A stretch of 52,814 nt of DNA, counting the filler, from Catajapyx aquilonaris (lineage: Eukaryota): the NCBI GenBank assembly GCA_000934665.2. It is 3 parts of 3 records of this genome, joined end to end, with 100 filler letters (N's around TTAATTAATTAA, not from the genome) between each part and the next. Parts side by side here need not be neighbours in the genome. Positions count along the whole stretch, not along the records: positions 17,595 to 35,075 come from JYFJ02006931.1; positions 35,176 to 52,814 come from JYFJ02006932.1; 1 more part is not named here. The stretch is one strand, 5' to 3'. This document shows, piece by piece, positions 25,220 through 36,478 of this stretch. The notes below the pieces were generated by a model that did no database searches, was not told the DNA's origin, and saw only the letters and a program-made list of their open reading frames with translations. Positions within the stretch are counted from its first letter, which is position 1; every line of letters starts with the position of its first letter. The translations under genes and the position numbers were made by a program.

Positions 25220-25911
25220 GTAAGTCCCTCGCATCTCTCTGTACACTCACTGCCCTCTTAACTGCTCATGTTGCGGAATCACTTTTGCCGTGGGTCTGAT
25301 TGCGACATAAAAAATCATTGGCGCAAGTTGTCAGGAAAGTGGCTCATTCAATCTGAATAGCGACCAGTTCCTCGCGACGGGAGCTGCTTGCTCGACTCAA
25401 CTCTGTAGACATTGATCTGCTCACAGGGTGTGCCAAGAATGATCTGTTGTCAACTTTTTAAAAGTGGTGTCAAAGATGACATGTAGCTTAGGAGATTGTT
25501 GTATGTCGTTATTGAGCTGGAAAAGAACATCCGAGTTTTTCCTATTGTTATAACTTGTAACACCCTGTAGCATCTCAGATGTAAGACAACCACATTGTTG
25601 CGAGTACTCGCATGATCACATGTGTGTGCCGAGTTAAATCACAGCTGGCCATTTTAGAAATTGTGCAGGATGGTGCTCTGCCCAAGCACTCATTTTCATG
25701 AGTACAAAGGTGAAGAAGTTTGCGAATTGTTCCCTCTAGCAACCAGTTTAAAAGCAGCAACAATGACAAGTGATTGTGCCCCTGCTTGTTGCATCCAATC
25801 GGTTTCTTTTCTCAAAATTGGTTGCTGGGGTATACAATTTCATCACTTCTTTCATTGCCGCTTCTTCAATTAGTGACTTGGGTAGTGGGCCACTGTGTGG
25901 TATCCTATTCA

Positions 25912-26194
25912 CCCTGGAACTGTGACGTGCCTGAAAGTTACGGCAACCGTGACGTGGGGTCTTTTAGGACCCCATCCATATTTTAATTTTTATTAATTTT
26001 TATATAATACTTTTTCAATGTATTGACTATATGCAATCATTTTTCGAACAATGCCTAAAATGATCGCTAATTCAAAATAAACATGCACTTCCTGTTATAT
26101 ACTTTTTTAAATGGCAAAAGTTCGTTGTAATTATCATTTTAATGCATTTTAATTCATTTGGGGTCCTAAAAGACCCCACGTCACAGTTCCAGGG
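25912..26194. mobile_element. piggyBac-type MITE in KIF13 intron 1
   Basis: TIR CCCTGGAACTGTGACGTG / CACGTCACAGTTCCAGGG, flanked by TTCA and TTAA; subterminal inverted repeat ggggtcttttaggacccc. Confidence 0.78.
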
Positions 26195-27013
26195 TTAACT
26201 GATATTATTGATGGGCATGTGCAGCATGTGAAAATTAACGAGTGATTTGTAGGAAGTGATGGTTAGGTCATAGTCACATGTGGAAAGACCTTTTAATTTA
26301 TTTTTAATGGATACTCCATCCCAGTGCAATTATAGTGCACTCGAGGGGAACAGATCTCGGTGTAGGAAGTCGGTGCTCTCAAGGTATTTGGGCCATGTGG
26401 CCTGTTTCTCTTCCCTGACATGGTCCAGGGAACGCTACGGCCCCTAGATTTTCTGCACAGATAATTTTCTCAGATACTTGACTTAGCACAGTGCATTTTC
26501 ATGGACGCTTAGTTCATAATGAGAGCAGGCACCCAGACTAAACGGTCTGACTGTTGGGCGTAAAGGCCCATTGTTGACACCTATATTTGTCAACCTACAG
26601 TTATAATTTTACATAATTACAGGCCAAATCTTGAATGATATAGGGGTGACATTCCTTTTCCTCACACATTTTTGTCACGCCATTAATGTCATTGCCTTGG
26701 AATAAGTTATACACCACGTTGACTGCATCAGTAAGCACAACTTGACTTTTTACACCGTAACTAACAATACTCGGCATACAAAGGAAACCAGAAAGTACAA
26801 GGATTTTTAAAAATGCACTTGTGTTATTCGCCACAGTATATGCCCAAGCATAGAAAAGAGCTATCCATAACCGTGGAATTTTGTCCTGCACAACCCCTAC
26901 TCTCGACTAACGCCAGTATTTCTAGGAGGCAATTTTTTTTTTTTGCACAAGCCTGCACTGAATTTAAATGCGGGGCAGAATCCTCATCCGTACTGTATAT
27001 TTGCATTTTACAG

Positions 27014-27101
27014 AACTGGAGCTAGGAACAGAATGTGTGGTTGCCATGGGAGACAACCAGACTATTCTGCACCATCCTGCGTCCCTGGACAAGCCAGACA
27101 G
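27014..27101 (+). CDS. KIF13: Kinesin-3 KIF13A/B (Khc-73) coding exon 2; gene incomplete in window
   Basis: ttttacag|AA CTG GAG CTA GGA ACA GAA TGT GTG GTT...AG|GTAGGC = (E)LELGTECVVAMGDNQTILHHPASLDKPD(R). In phase with exon 1 and similar to KIF13A ELELNTKCVVEMEGNQTVLHPP. Confidence 0.88.
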
Positions 27102-30100
27102 GTAGGCAACCTGGCATGTTTTCATCCTGGAGCAGGTGTTCACTTTTCTTGTTTGATGACAAGGGGTGGTGACAGGAGGGTTGAAACACTTGGAAACACA
27201 GATAAATGGCGGAAAAGAATGCAAACAGATGTGATGGTAACCATGAAAGCTTATCTTCTTTGTCAGATTATGAGGCATACGGAGGGGTGGTACCTTGGAG
27301 ATATTTCTAGGTCTGATGCGATGAGTGCTACGAACCTGGTTCTTCTTTATTCTCGACAATTAAGGTCCCATTATTTTAAGTGGATTAATTAGAGAGCGTG
27401 CCTGAAGGTATTAAGAGGAATTGAACGGATTATGTGCTTGAATCCCTCTGGTGCGCTGGATGTCAAATTTGCATAGGGCATAGTAGGTTTATGCACTGTT
27501 TGAGTTTACCATTCGCTCTGCCAGCACATTTACCACCTGCTAAGAACAGCTGCGTAATGGCGATCTCTTCGCATCCGATTTTACTTTTTGCCAGGCAAAT
27601 ATTATTTCAATATCGCCCCGTTAGTAGGCCCTATATGGACGTTTGAACGACCAGTTTTGCAACTCTGGCGCATAGGGTGTAATTAGCGGTTGCTGGAAAC
27701 ATAGTTGGTAGAGACATGGACAAGTGATTAGACCTGCAGTGATGCTGCGATGGGAGTTTGGAAGGAGCAAGCGTAGCAAATGAGTAGTAATTGGATGGGT
27801 CCAGCCTGGTAAAGCGATGCAAGAAGAGGTAATGAGCAGGGGGTACGGGGAATGAGGCGTAGGATTGGAATGACTCCTACTACAGTCTCCCAGTGGGCCT
27901 TTGAGGGGTGTTGGATGCACCTGCCTCATCCCCACCCGGTACCTACGTCCAACGCGCTTATTCACCTGCACCCGCGACCATTTCTACCACAGTTGGCCTT
28001 TAATTAGCCCCAGGCATTCATCAGTGCGCAGGTGAAATTAATGGCTCTGATTTGTTGCAGCGGATATGTGGCCCAATTTTTGTATGGGCGAATATAGTGG
28101 AATTGGATAACAACGGGGGCATATTATATGCGCGCATATTATATTGTTGCACGTTTAACCTTTTGAATCGGGTTGCTGGAACTGCTGTATTATGGACGGG
28201 TTCTATTAATACGTCATGGCGTCCAGGGAATTTTTGGGGACGGGCCATGTTTGGAGCTGATTGCATGGCGAGTGTATAATTTATGTGGGCCATTTCGGAA
28301 CATGGCGTTTATTCCGTACAATTTCGTGTATTGCCCCCTTGAAATTTTGGAGCATGATGATAGCCACTGATTGTGTACAGCGCTGAAAGCGCGAATTTGT
28401 TACAGTTTTTGCGGCTTTGTATAATCTGCTGTACTGTACTGGGGCGATGCCATAGGCACCCATGTTGGTCGCATGACCTAAAGCGGCCAATGCCAGGCCA
28501 ATATGAATGTCTGATTTGGAGCATGTGCGGAACAATGGTGCCAATGGCATAGCCTACTCATGTCGCGGAACCCATATTTCTCAACAAAACATTGCCGGAA
28601 CCACGACGATAAAACAGTGTGCCATGTTTTAAAACCATAATCGTGTTCGCTTTGGAGGTGACTTCTTGTTAATACTTTTCTCGCGTGAGTAATAGACCCG
28701 AACAGACATCTGACCTTCTGAATATTGGAATATTTTCCTGACCAATAAATCTAGATCAAAATGTCTCCGCGGAACCCAGGGGTACCGCAGAGTACCGGTT
28801 GAGGACCGCTACCGCTGGTCCATGGATTGAATTGCGCGCTACATACTAAATGATTTTTATTTTCATTACAATCTTGTGATAATGATCATAGCAGTATGTT
28901 AGTACCGCTTCGCTTGTCGGGAAAGTCCCACCGATAATGCTGAGTCCGCATGTTTGCTCTTCGGCTGGGAGATTCCCTTCAGGGAGAGACCCGGAGGAAG
29001 GTGTAGAAGAGGGAAAAAAGTGGGCTTATATATCCATTCCGGGAGGCAGGATTTGGGTTGAAGTGCAGGCTGCGATTATTTAAATCGCAGAGATGGATGG
29101 GTGTCTTGGGAGGAGGTGGGGGGTGGAGGAGTTTTGGGAGTAGATGGGAAGGCTTGTAGTTATCAGTGGAGACTGCCTCTCTAGCTTTATCCTCCCACCC
29201 CCGAACCCCCCCCCCCCCCCCCCCCNCTTTCCACTCATCCTAACCCTCCCCACATCCACCCTGCCCTAGATCGATCGCAGCGAGGGGGGCGGGGGAGAGG
29301 ACCACTGCCGAATTTCAACCCTGGGCGTGTCCGATTCGTCTCACCATCTTCGACTAAAACTATTTCTGTACCCAGGAAAATGGAAGAAACGGGTCAAGTA
29401 ATATGCCACAGCCAAAGTGCAAACTTGTGTTTTCTGCAGTACATCATAGTGCATGCTCTGGTTTAGAAAAATGGTGTATTGGCAATCTGAATGCACAGGA
29501 TGGTGATACGAGGGCTAATCCGGACTGGCAATATTCGGTTTGCTGAGGCAAAAGAAATTCAGATGCTTTCCGCGGTGTTTACTCGTGGTAGAGAAGTTCT
29601 CAATCTTTTCTCGGTCTGTGGCACACTTCCGTGAATTTTGAAGTCTTTGCGCGGAGCACGGAGACTCTAAACTTGCAGGAGTTGGAATTTCTCTTCTCTT
29701 TTTTTTTTATCGAACTTTTCTGCCGGAGTCATGGAAAATGTCACACCATCTCTCAGGCACATATAAAATATGAAGTTATGCACCGGCACCAAGCGTATAC
29801 GCGCAGTGGGTTGAGGTAATTATTTTTCAGCTTTGCTGAGTTACAAGTAGCTTTTTAGAACTACTTTACACGAAAGGGCCGTTCGAAAATTAATTACCCC
29901 ATTCCCACACGGCAAGCAGCACTTACAATGTAACAGGCAATATTGTCCTGCACCATGATGCAGGCAAGTGGTTCTGTCGGGCAATTCATTGGTCCCCGAT
30001 GCAATTTTGCAGGTAGCTGTCTTCTCTTGAGAGAGATGTTTCACATCGAATGTTAATCTTGTCTGATAGTTAAAGGGTTGGCCGCGAAATTAAGAGCATT

Positions 30101-33100
30101 TCATTCCCTGTTCATCCTGGACCCTGGGCTAACGTTTCCGTCTCCCTTGTTCGCCACCAAGTCTCCTGGCCAGGGGCTAGATGAAGTTAAACCCGGCCCC
30201 TGCGGTGTTCACTTGGTGGCGGGCAGGGGAGCCTCTGGTACTATCAGTCCAACAAGAATTGTCGCAGCGGCAGCGCACGAACTACAATCTACGAGCACAG
30301 GGACACGAGAGACTGTAGTTCGTGCGACAATTCTTGTTGGACACCAGGTACCCGGGATGAAACGATGGGTTTTGCTCATTTTGCATGTTCAGCTTACATG
30401 TGCGGATTTCGCGGGCATTTTTACGCATGGGGGCTTCAGAGAATGGGGTGTAATTCATGCCGTTGACCTGCGTTGTTAATACTGTAACAATTGAAAAAGA
30501 GACGGTGGTGTTTCCCACGCCATGTTGATGATTCATATGTGGAGTTCATGACTGTTTTATATCAAAAAGATTAAACTAGTGTTTGATGGCTTGCAACGGA
30601 CTTGCGAAGTCGTTACCGAAACCAATAAAGGCGTGTACATGTCGGGAATGCGCCATTGATAAAAAAGGATACCCTATTATCTCTCGACCTTGCTGGTTTA
30701 TACGAGCGTGCAGGTCATTATTATCAATACCATTACACTAGAACCTGAATCATGTTCATAGGTTGTCAGAGAGTTTCGGGGGAAGTGACGCGCTATACTA
30801 AGGACAAAAGGACAGTCTTGACACAACAGGAATTATAAGTATGCCTGCATCGTGTTAACAGATAATCGGTGGGACTATTGCGCAATTATTGTACAAACGC
30901 CTTATTGCACGTCGACATAAAGCAGATCTGTTCGAGCCCAGCGGAGATTTTGTGTCGTAAACACCTCATCAGTTAGACAGTCAGGCAATCAAGCAACCAA
31001 TCACGCAATCAAAAATTTGCCAGCGGTCACATTTGGCACGCGGCCTGCAAGATTCTTAGACGCATTGCCGTCCTTCTGATTGCACTAGTACTCTATGCTG
31101 TTTGTAATTCAATAGGCGTAATAGGCTTAAATTGTTAAGCTCAATGTGGTCCAATTTGGACCAACCTTGTGCATGTTCTGGTGAACAATACGACTAATAC
31201 TATGTACAACTAATCCAATTTTTTTGGTATGTGCGGTTTTATATGCAGGGGAATATGATCCCATTCTGACTGGGGGGCTGCAGATATTGACGCAGCAGTG
31301 GTTGCCACAGGCTATAGCGTGATATCATGCTGGAGAGCGCCTCATGGCTTTTCTCATCTGCTCTATTTTTTCCCTAAGTTCTTGTCACGTCCCGAGTAAG
31401 TATACCCCCATGAAAATGTTTGGTAGGTGCTTGAAGAGATTCCATGCAGACTTCTGGTGGGATTGATGGCCGAAACGGGCCGAGGCAGGCGACACTTGGC
31501 CCGATTTATTTGCTCAAGGGAGGGCCAGTCAAGTGCGGATGGGGAGTGTTCCGACCCCCTTCTCCTGGCAGAATTCAATGGGATATCTGGCAGCATTTGG
31601 CCCGACGGAGAAGGAATAATGCCCAAGACAATTCTTTTCCAATTGAGGAAGCGTCTTCCACTTACAGTATATCTTTTGTTCATAATTATGCTCCGCAACG
31701 TTGGAAGCTTGGGCTAAAGGAGGCTGAGTCAAAAAGATGTTGTGTCTGGATTAGTATAAAGGTGTTGGGATTAGCTGGGATTAGGAAAGTGCTTCGTCAT
31801 TCCGCGATGGTTTTCACTGGAGGGGTAGGGTAAAGACCCGGGTAATCCCTAGCAGGCAAGGTACAGTGTAAGGTGTGTTGCATCGTAATCTTCGCCCACA
31901 CTGCACGCAGCGAGGGTCAGTCACTCTGTAATTCCGTTGTACACCCACACACGTAAAGCAGGCGTATACGCGTGGGGCACTACAGTTCCGTTATTCCGAC
32001 AATGTTTCTCATTTACACCCTCGAGCACAGAGTAATATGCGTCGTGGTGTATGCCTGACGAGTTGGTATCCAGTCTTCTCTGTTCCCCTCGGGTAACCGG
32101 GTTTTCCGAGTATTAGCTTTAACGTCTCTGTTCGGAGCCTCCCCATTTCTTCTCCACGACGTCTGAATCTCCCGCCTATTATTTCCCCGAATCCCCTGCT
32201 CAAAGGCAGGCGTCTTTTCAAAGAGCAGCCCACGGCCAAGATGACACACTCCTCATACTGTCATGTTCCGAATCTAATGTTAAGGTATATTACTCCGTTT
32301 GTCTCTGTTTAACGGGTGTAAGTGAATTAAGTGGTGGAAAGCCTAGGAAGTTATAATTATTAAATGCCTCACGAGTGTCATGGTGCTGGGAGCAAGTACA
32401 AGTTCCGGCAGATAAGTGAAACTTGCAGATAAACTGAACCCAGTATAATATACGTTTTTTAAACATACTGTACATATTAATATTGTATTTACACGTTATA
32501 CACATGAAGACATCGACAAACACAACAATAAAATTGGATGTTTATAATACAGCCCTGTACTGTGATAAAAATACGTTTTGATTTTTTAAATTTCATGTTT
32601 TTAAATATTTATCAAATTTATCAAATTTATGTTATCAAACCGCGGATAACCTCGGATAACGGGGGCCTATATACTGTACGGAACACTGGGAGGGTGTTGA
32701 TGCCAGTGTGACGAAGCGTGACTTTGACTTGAGGTTGAGAGTAGGATAGTTCGGCCGAGCTGGATGTCAGTTTGTCACTCAAAAGGCGCAATAAAATCAA
32801 GGCATTTTTACAGGCGAATTCAGTGAAACGAGGGAGACAGGCAAGGAGGCAGGAGTTCAAAAACGTCGAAAATCAGTTTGACGTACCGAGTGTGCTGGTA
32901 GGCTAATTTATTTTTAATACGGGGATTTGAATATGACATCACATTCAGAGCATGTAATATCTCATGTGTATCAGAAGGACGATTACATGAAACTATCTCA
33001 TTTTTACGAAATACGCCGAAGTACAAGGAAACATGTACTAAGTGACATTGTACCTGCTCTTATGTAATCTTTAAAGAGAAGTTGTATACAACTGACAGAA

Positions 33101-33146
33101 ATTAAAGCATACTTACTGTATTATCAGCATAATATCCGGATACACT

Positions 33147-33375
33147 CATGGGCGTGGGGGGGGAGGATGGCAGGAGGGCCCCACCTGTCCTCATCCTCCG
33201 TCTGACTGCCTAGCAAGATTCGGAAGAAACTGTCTCAACAACAATAATTGTTTTAGATTACTTTCTTTTGACCCCGAAGGCTCAGAAAAATCTGTCAAAA
33301 CCTTCAGTCATTTGAAATTTTCTGCACTTCCCTGAGATTTAGGGGACGGGGGCAACCCCCCCGGCTACGCCCATG
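33147..33375. mobile_element. Small hAT-like MITE
   Basis: CATGGGCGT...ACGCCCATG termini with G/C-rich subtermini. Confidence 0.5.
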
Positions 33376-33708
33376 GATTGCTGTACAGTAGTTCTGCCAC
33401 CCGCGTTTTGCAGCACTGATGGAAGGCACACCAGGGCTTTCTGCTGCAGAGTTATTGCAACAACTACTGGAAATGCTTTAAATACCCCGTAGATCCTCAC
33501 CTTTAGATCTATAGTCTTATGTTTCAACTGGCAGGTGCATGGGCCTGCCCAATGGATTCCACGAATATATTCAAATAAATGTTATGTGATCGTAGATCTT
33601 TAAGAGTCCATTATTATTACTCCAGCAAAGCATAAAATGCAATATCGGCGACATGCGTATGTAATTACTTTGATTAAATTATCTGTTGTTAGTCCATTCA
33701 TTCATTTA

Positions 33709-34523
33709 GCTACCAGCTAGGCCGAAAACACCTAGATTTGAGCTTATACGCCTACTCTGAAGATAAAGACAAGATATTTTACAAATAATAGCAGCTATAT
33801 TTAGCCATTCATGGTGAACACTATGAATGTGTTGCGAACAATTTTACTCCTTTAGAAGTCCCTAAATTAATTTCCGAAAAGACCGCCTTAAAAATTCGAA
33901 GTTCGTGTACTGCCGGCCAACTGTTAGGCTGATTTAATTATGAAATACGCTAAACTATACGGATCAACAAGTCCTTGAGAACCGGGCCAGACGAATTTGC
34001 TGAAATTGTCGTAGTTGCGAGTAATAAATTAATAATTATGTGCGGCTTTTTGACACTTCGCGAGAGGCAAATAAATTTGGGAGTTTTCCGAAGTCAGTGT
34101 CAAAAAGCCGCAAATAAGTATTAAATTGTTTATCGCAAAGTACGATGATTTCAGCAGATTCGTCTGGCACCGTTCTCAAGGTTGTTGTTTCGCATATTTT
34201 AGCGTGTTTCATAATTAAATCAGCCTAACAGTTGACCGGTAGTACTCGAATTTCGCTGCCTTTTTGGAAATTAATTTCGAGACTTCCAGAGGGGTAAAAT
34301 TGTTCGCAACTCGCCCATTATTTCCCCGAATCCCCTGCTCAAAGGCAGGCGTCTTTTTAAAGATCAGCCCACGGCCAAGATGACACACTCCTCATACTGT
34401 CATGTTCCGAATCTAATGTTAAGGTTTTCCACGAATTGGTAAATATAGCTGTAGGTGTTTGTAAAATATATTGTCTAGGCGTAAGCTCAAATCTATATGG
34501 TGTTTTTGGCCTTAGCTGGTAGC
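33709..34523. repeat. Foldback element: ~350-bp inverted arms, ~30-bp loop
   Basis: For example caactgttaggctgatttaattatgaaa / tttcataattaaatcagcctaacagttg and gctaccagcta / tagctggtagc. Confidence 0.88.
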
Positions 34524-35075
34524 GAAGGGGTAGCGAGCAGTGATAACGGGGAACCGCAAGTAAGAGTTGATGCATTCCGCCTCATCTCACATGAACGCAC
34601 ACATGAACCTCTGGAGCACTGATGATGTGCTGTTATTAAGGATTCATAAAAATGACATCACAGGGCATTATTGTGCAGGGTTCAGGCAAAATTTATCATT
34701 TAATAATTACGCAACGTGTGGTTGTTATTAAAATTTTGCGCAGTAAGGTAAGCCAGTAGTCAAGTAAGTAATGCTGTCACAGTAAAAGTACTAATGTAGT
34801 GCGCATTGTAATTTTCACTTCGTAATGTTTAGTGTCAGGGACAGTCTGAGATTCCTTTGAACCATACTGTAGAATCCAATAAGTTCATAGCTGCATTCAG
34901 GCACATCGCAACTGCATAACTTGTGGTAAAGATGACGAAGATAGGGGCCTTGAGGTCGACACCACTGACGGAGTCGTCGGGAGATTGATTTCTCGGAATC
35001 GTGTCATTGGCATTTGCCAGGCGCCACCTATATGTGGAGGATCATATTATTAATAAATGGTTCAAGTCACATTTG

Positions 35076-35175
35076 NNNNNNNNNNNNNNNNNNNNNNNNN
35101 NNNNNNNNNNNNNNNNNNNTTAATTAATTAANNNNNNNNNNNNNNNNNNNNNNNNNNNNNNNNNNNNNNNNNNNN
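35076..35175. other. Artificial assembly spacer (44N-TTAATTAATTAA-44N)
   Basis: Identical structure to the first spacer. Confidence 0.97.
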
Positions 35176-35265
35176 CGGGTCCTAGGGTCTGCCGATCGGA
35201 GGGAGAAAAGCAACAGCGCCGCCGGCAAGGGTTGCCAATCCCCCCACCGCCGTATGGCCCGTCAT

Positions 35266-35279
35266 ATAATTATAATAAT

Positions 35280-35360
<81 letters not shown>
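35266..35360. repeat. (AAT)n microsatellite
   Basis: Direct reading. Confidence 0.95.
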
Positions 35361-36242
35361 TTTTTATTACCCTGCCGTTCTCCCTCCTATTGGCAGCTAG
35401 ACCTGGTTTTGTGCTTAGTGTGGACACGTGGTGTGGATGTGTGTGTGTGTGCCCCCCNGGGGGGGGGGGGAGGGGGGGTTCATTCCAATTCGCCAATTTC
35501 AAATGGCCGGCTCCGTTGCGACGCCCATGTGACGCGTCAATTCCCAGCCAATCGCCTTTCCCATCGCTGATCGATTACTTATTGGTCGATTAGAACCGTT
35601 CCACGACCGGAACAAGCGCCAGCTCTTTCTCCGGACGATGCAAAAAACCGCGTGTCCGTATCTCTAACAGCGCGCCAGGATTCGTCGAACGAAGACGAGT
35701 CAGCGCACCCGATTTTGGCTCGCTGCTGCCAAGAAAGTGGCGGGAAACGTAATGACCCGGCCCTCTTAATAATATTATAGATTATCACATTTGTATGCTG
35801 AAAAGGGAAGTACATTGCAAAACAATATTTTCACTGATTTTTACTTGTGAGCAATAAAATGTTGTGTAGTTACTATTTGTAATTTGTAATCATTTGTAGT
35901 ATGCTGTATATATAGATCTTCCTGTACATAAGATCAAGAGCTCTTGATAAAGATTAATTATATCGCTTGAAGGCTATAATTCGTTTATTGTAGCATCCAG
36001 AACACCACAGTTTGTGTTTGTAATCACCATCACATCAAAAATTAAATTTCAACATAAATAAATAACATATTGACCTACAAAACACTGAAGTTGTCCTGAT
36101 TTTGAAATTGTGCCTTTCGCCTAATTATTTTCCTTTTGCCAAACTCATCGTTCCATTTGCGTGATCAATAATTTTTTGCTATTCATCCACTACCAGGGTG
36201 GAACCCTGGGTGGAACAACAGGGCTCCATAGATTTCCTCAAT

Positions 36243-36318
36243 GTTGCCCTGGCGACAGTAAATAGGTGAGTCATTGAAACTTGAATTTGCTTTGGGAAGA
36301 GCGCAAGAGTTTGTTTAC
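36243..36318 (+). promoter_or_regulatory. RFX X-box plus two forkhead (FOXJ1/Fd3F-type) motifs upstream of CFAP52
   Basis: GTTGCCCTGGCGAC at 36243-36256 (X-box consensus GTTNCCATGGNAAC), GTAAATA at 36258-36264 and TGTTTAC at 36312-36318, all within 185 bp of the ATG. Confidence 0.7.
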
Positions 36319-36426
36319 ATCAGTTGAGCTCCAGTGAGTCATTCGAAAGGACGTGTTTTTCGCAAGCTGCAGGTGTGCAGACCTGTCCAGACGAATTGCT
36401 ATCAGTTTTTACGGTAGAGTGGAAAC

Positions 36427-36478
36427 ATGGAGCCAGCCGGCAAGAGACTAGAGCTGGTTTCCACTATCGGATTCGAAG
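36427..36478 (+). CDS. CFAP52: CFAP52 coding exon 1
   Basis: MEPAGKRLELVSTIGFE G|GTAGGT. Confidence 0.82.

Noticed and set aside
30925..30985. Minus-strand CTGATGA followed by a small hairpin (hammerhead-like)
   Set aside because: The required GAAA reads AAAA and no stem I pairing was found.
27400..33100. Many 60-135 aa ORFs in KIF13 intron 2
   Set aside because: No recognisable domains or consistent splice structure; expected by chance in GC-richer intronic or TE-derived DNA.
35182..35570. Poly-Asn and poly-Tyr ORFs
   Set aside because: Translation of an (AAT)n microsatellite.
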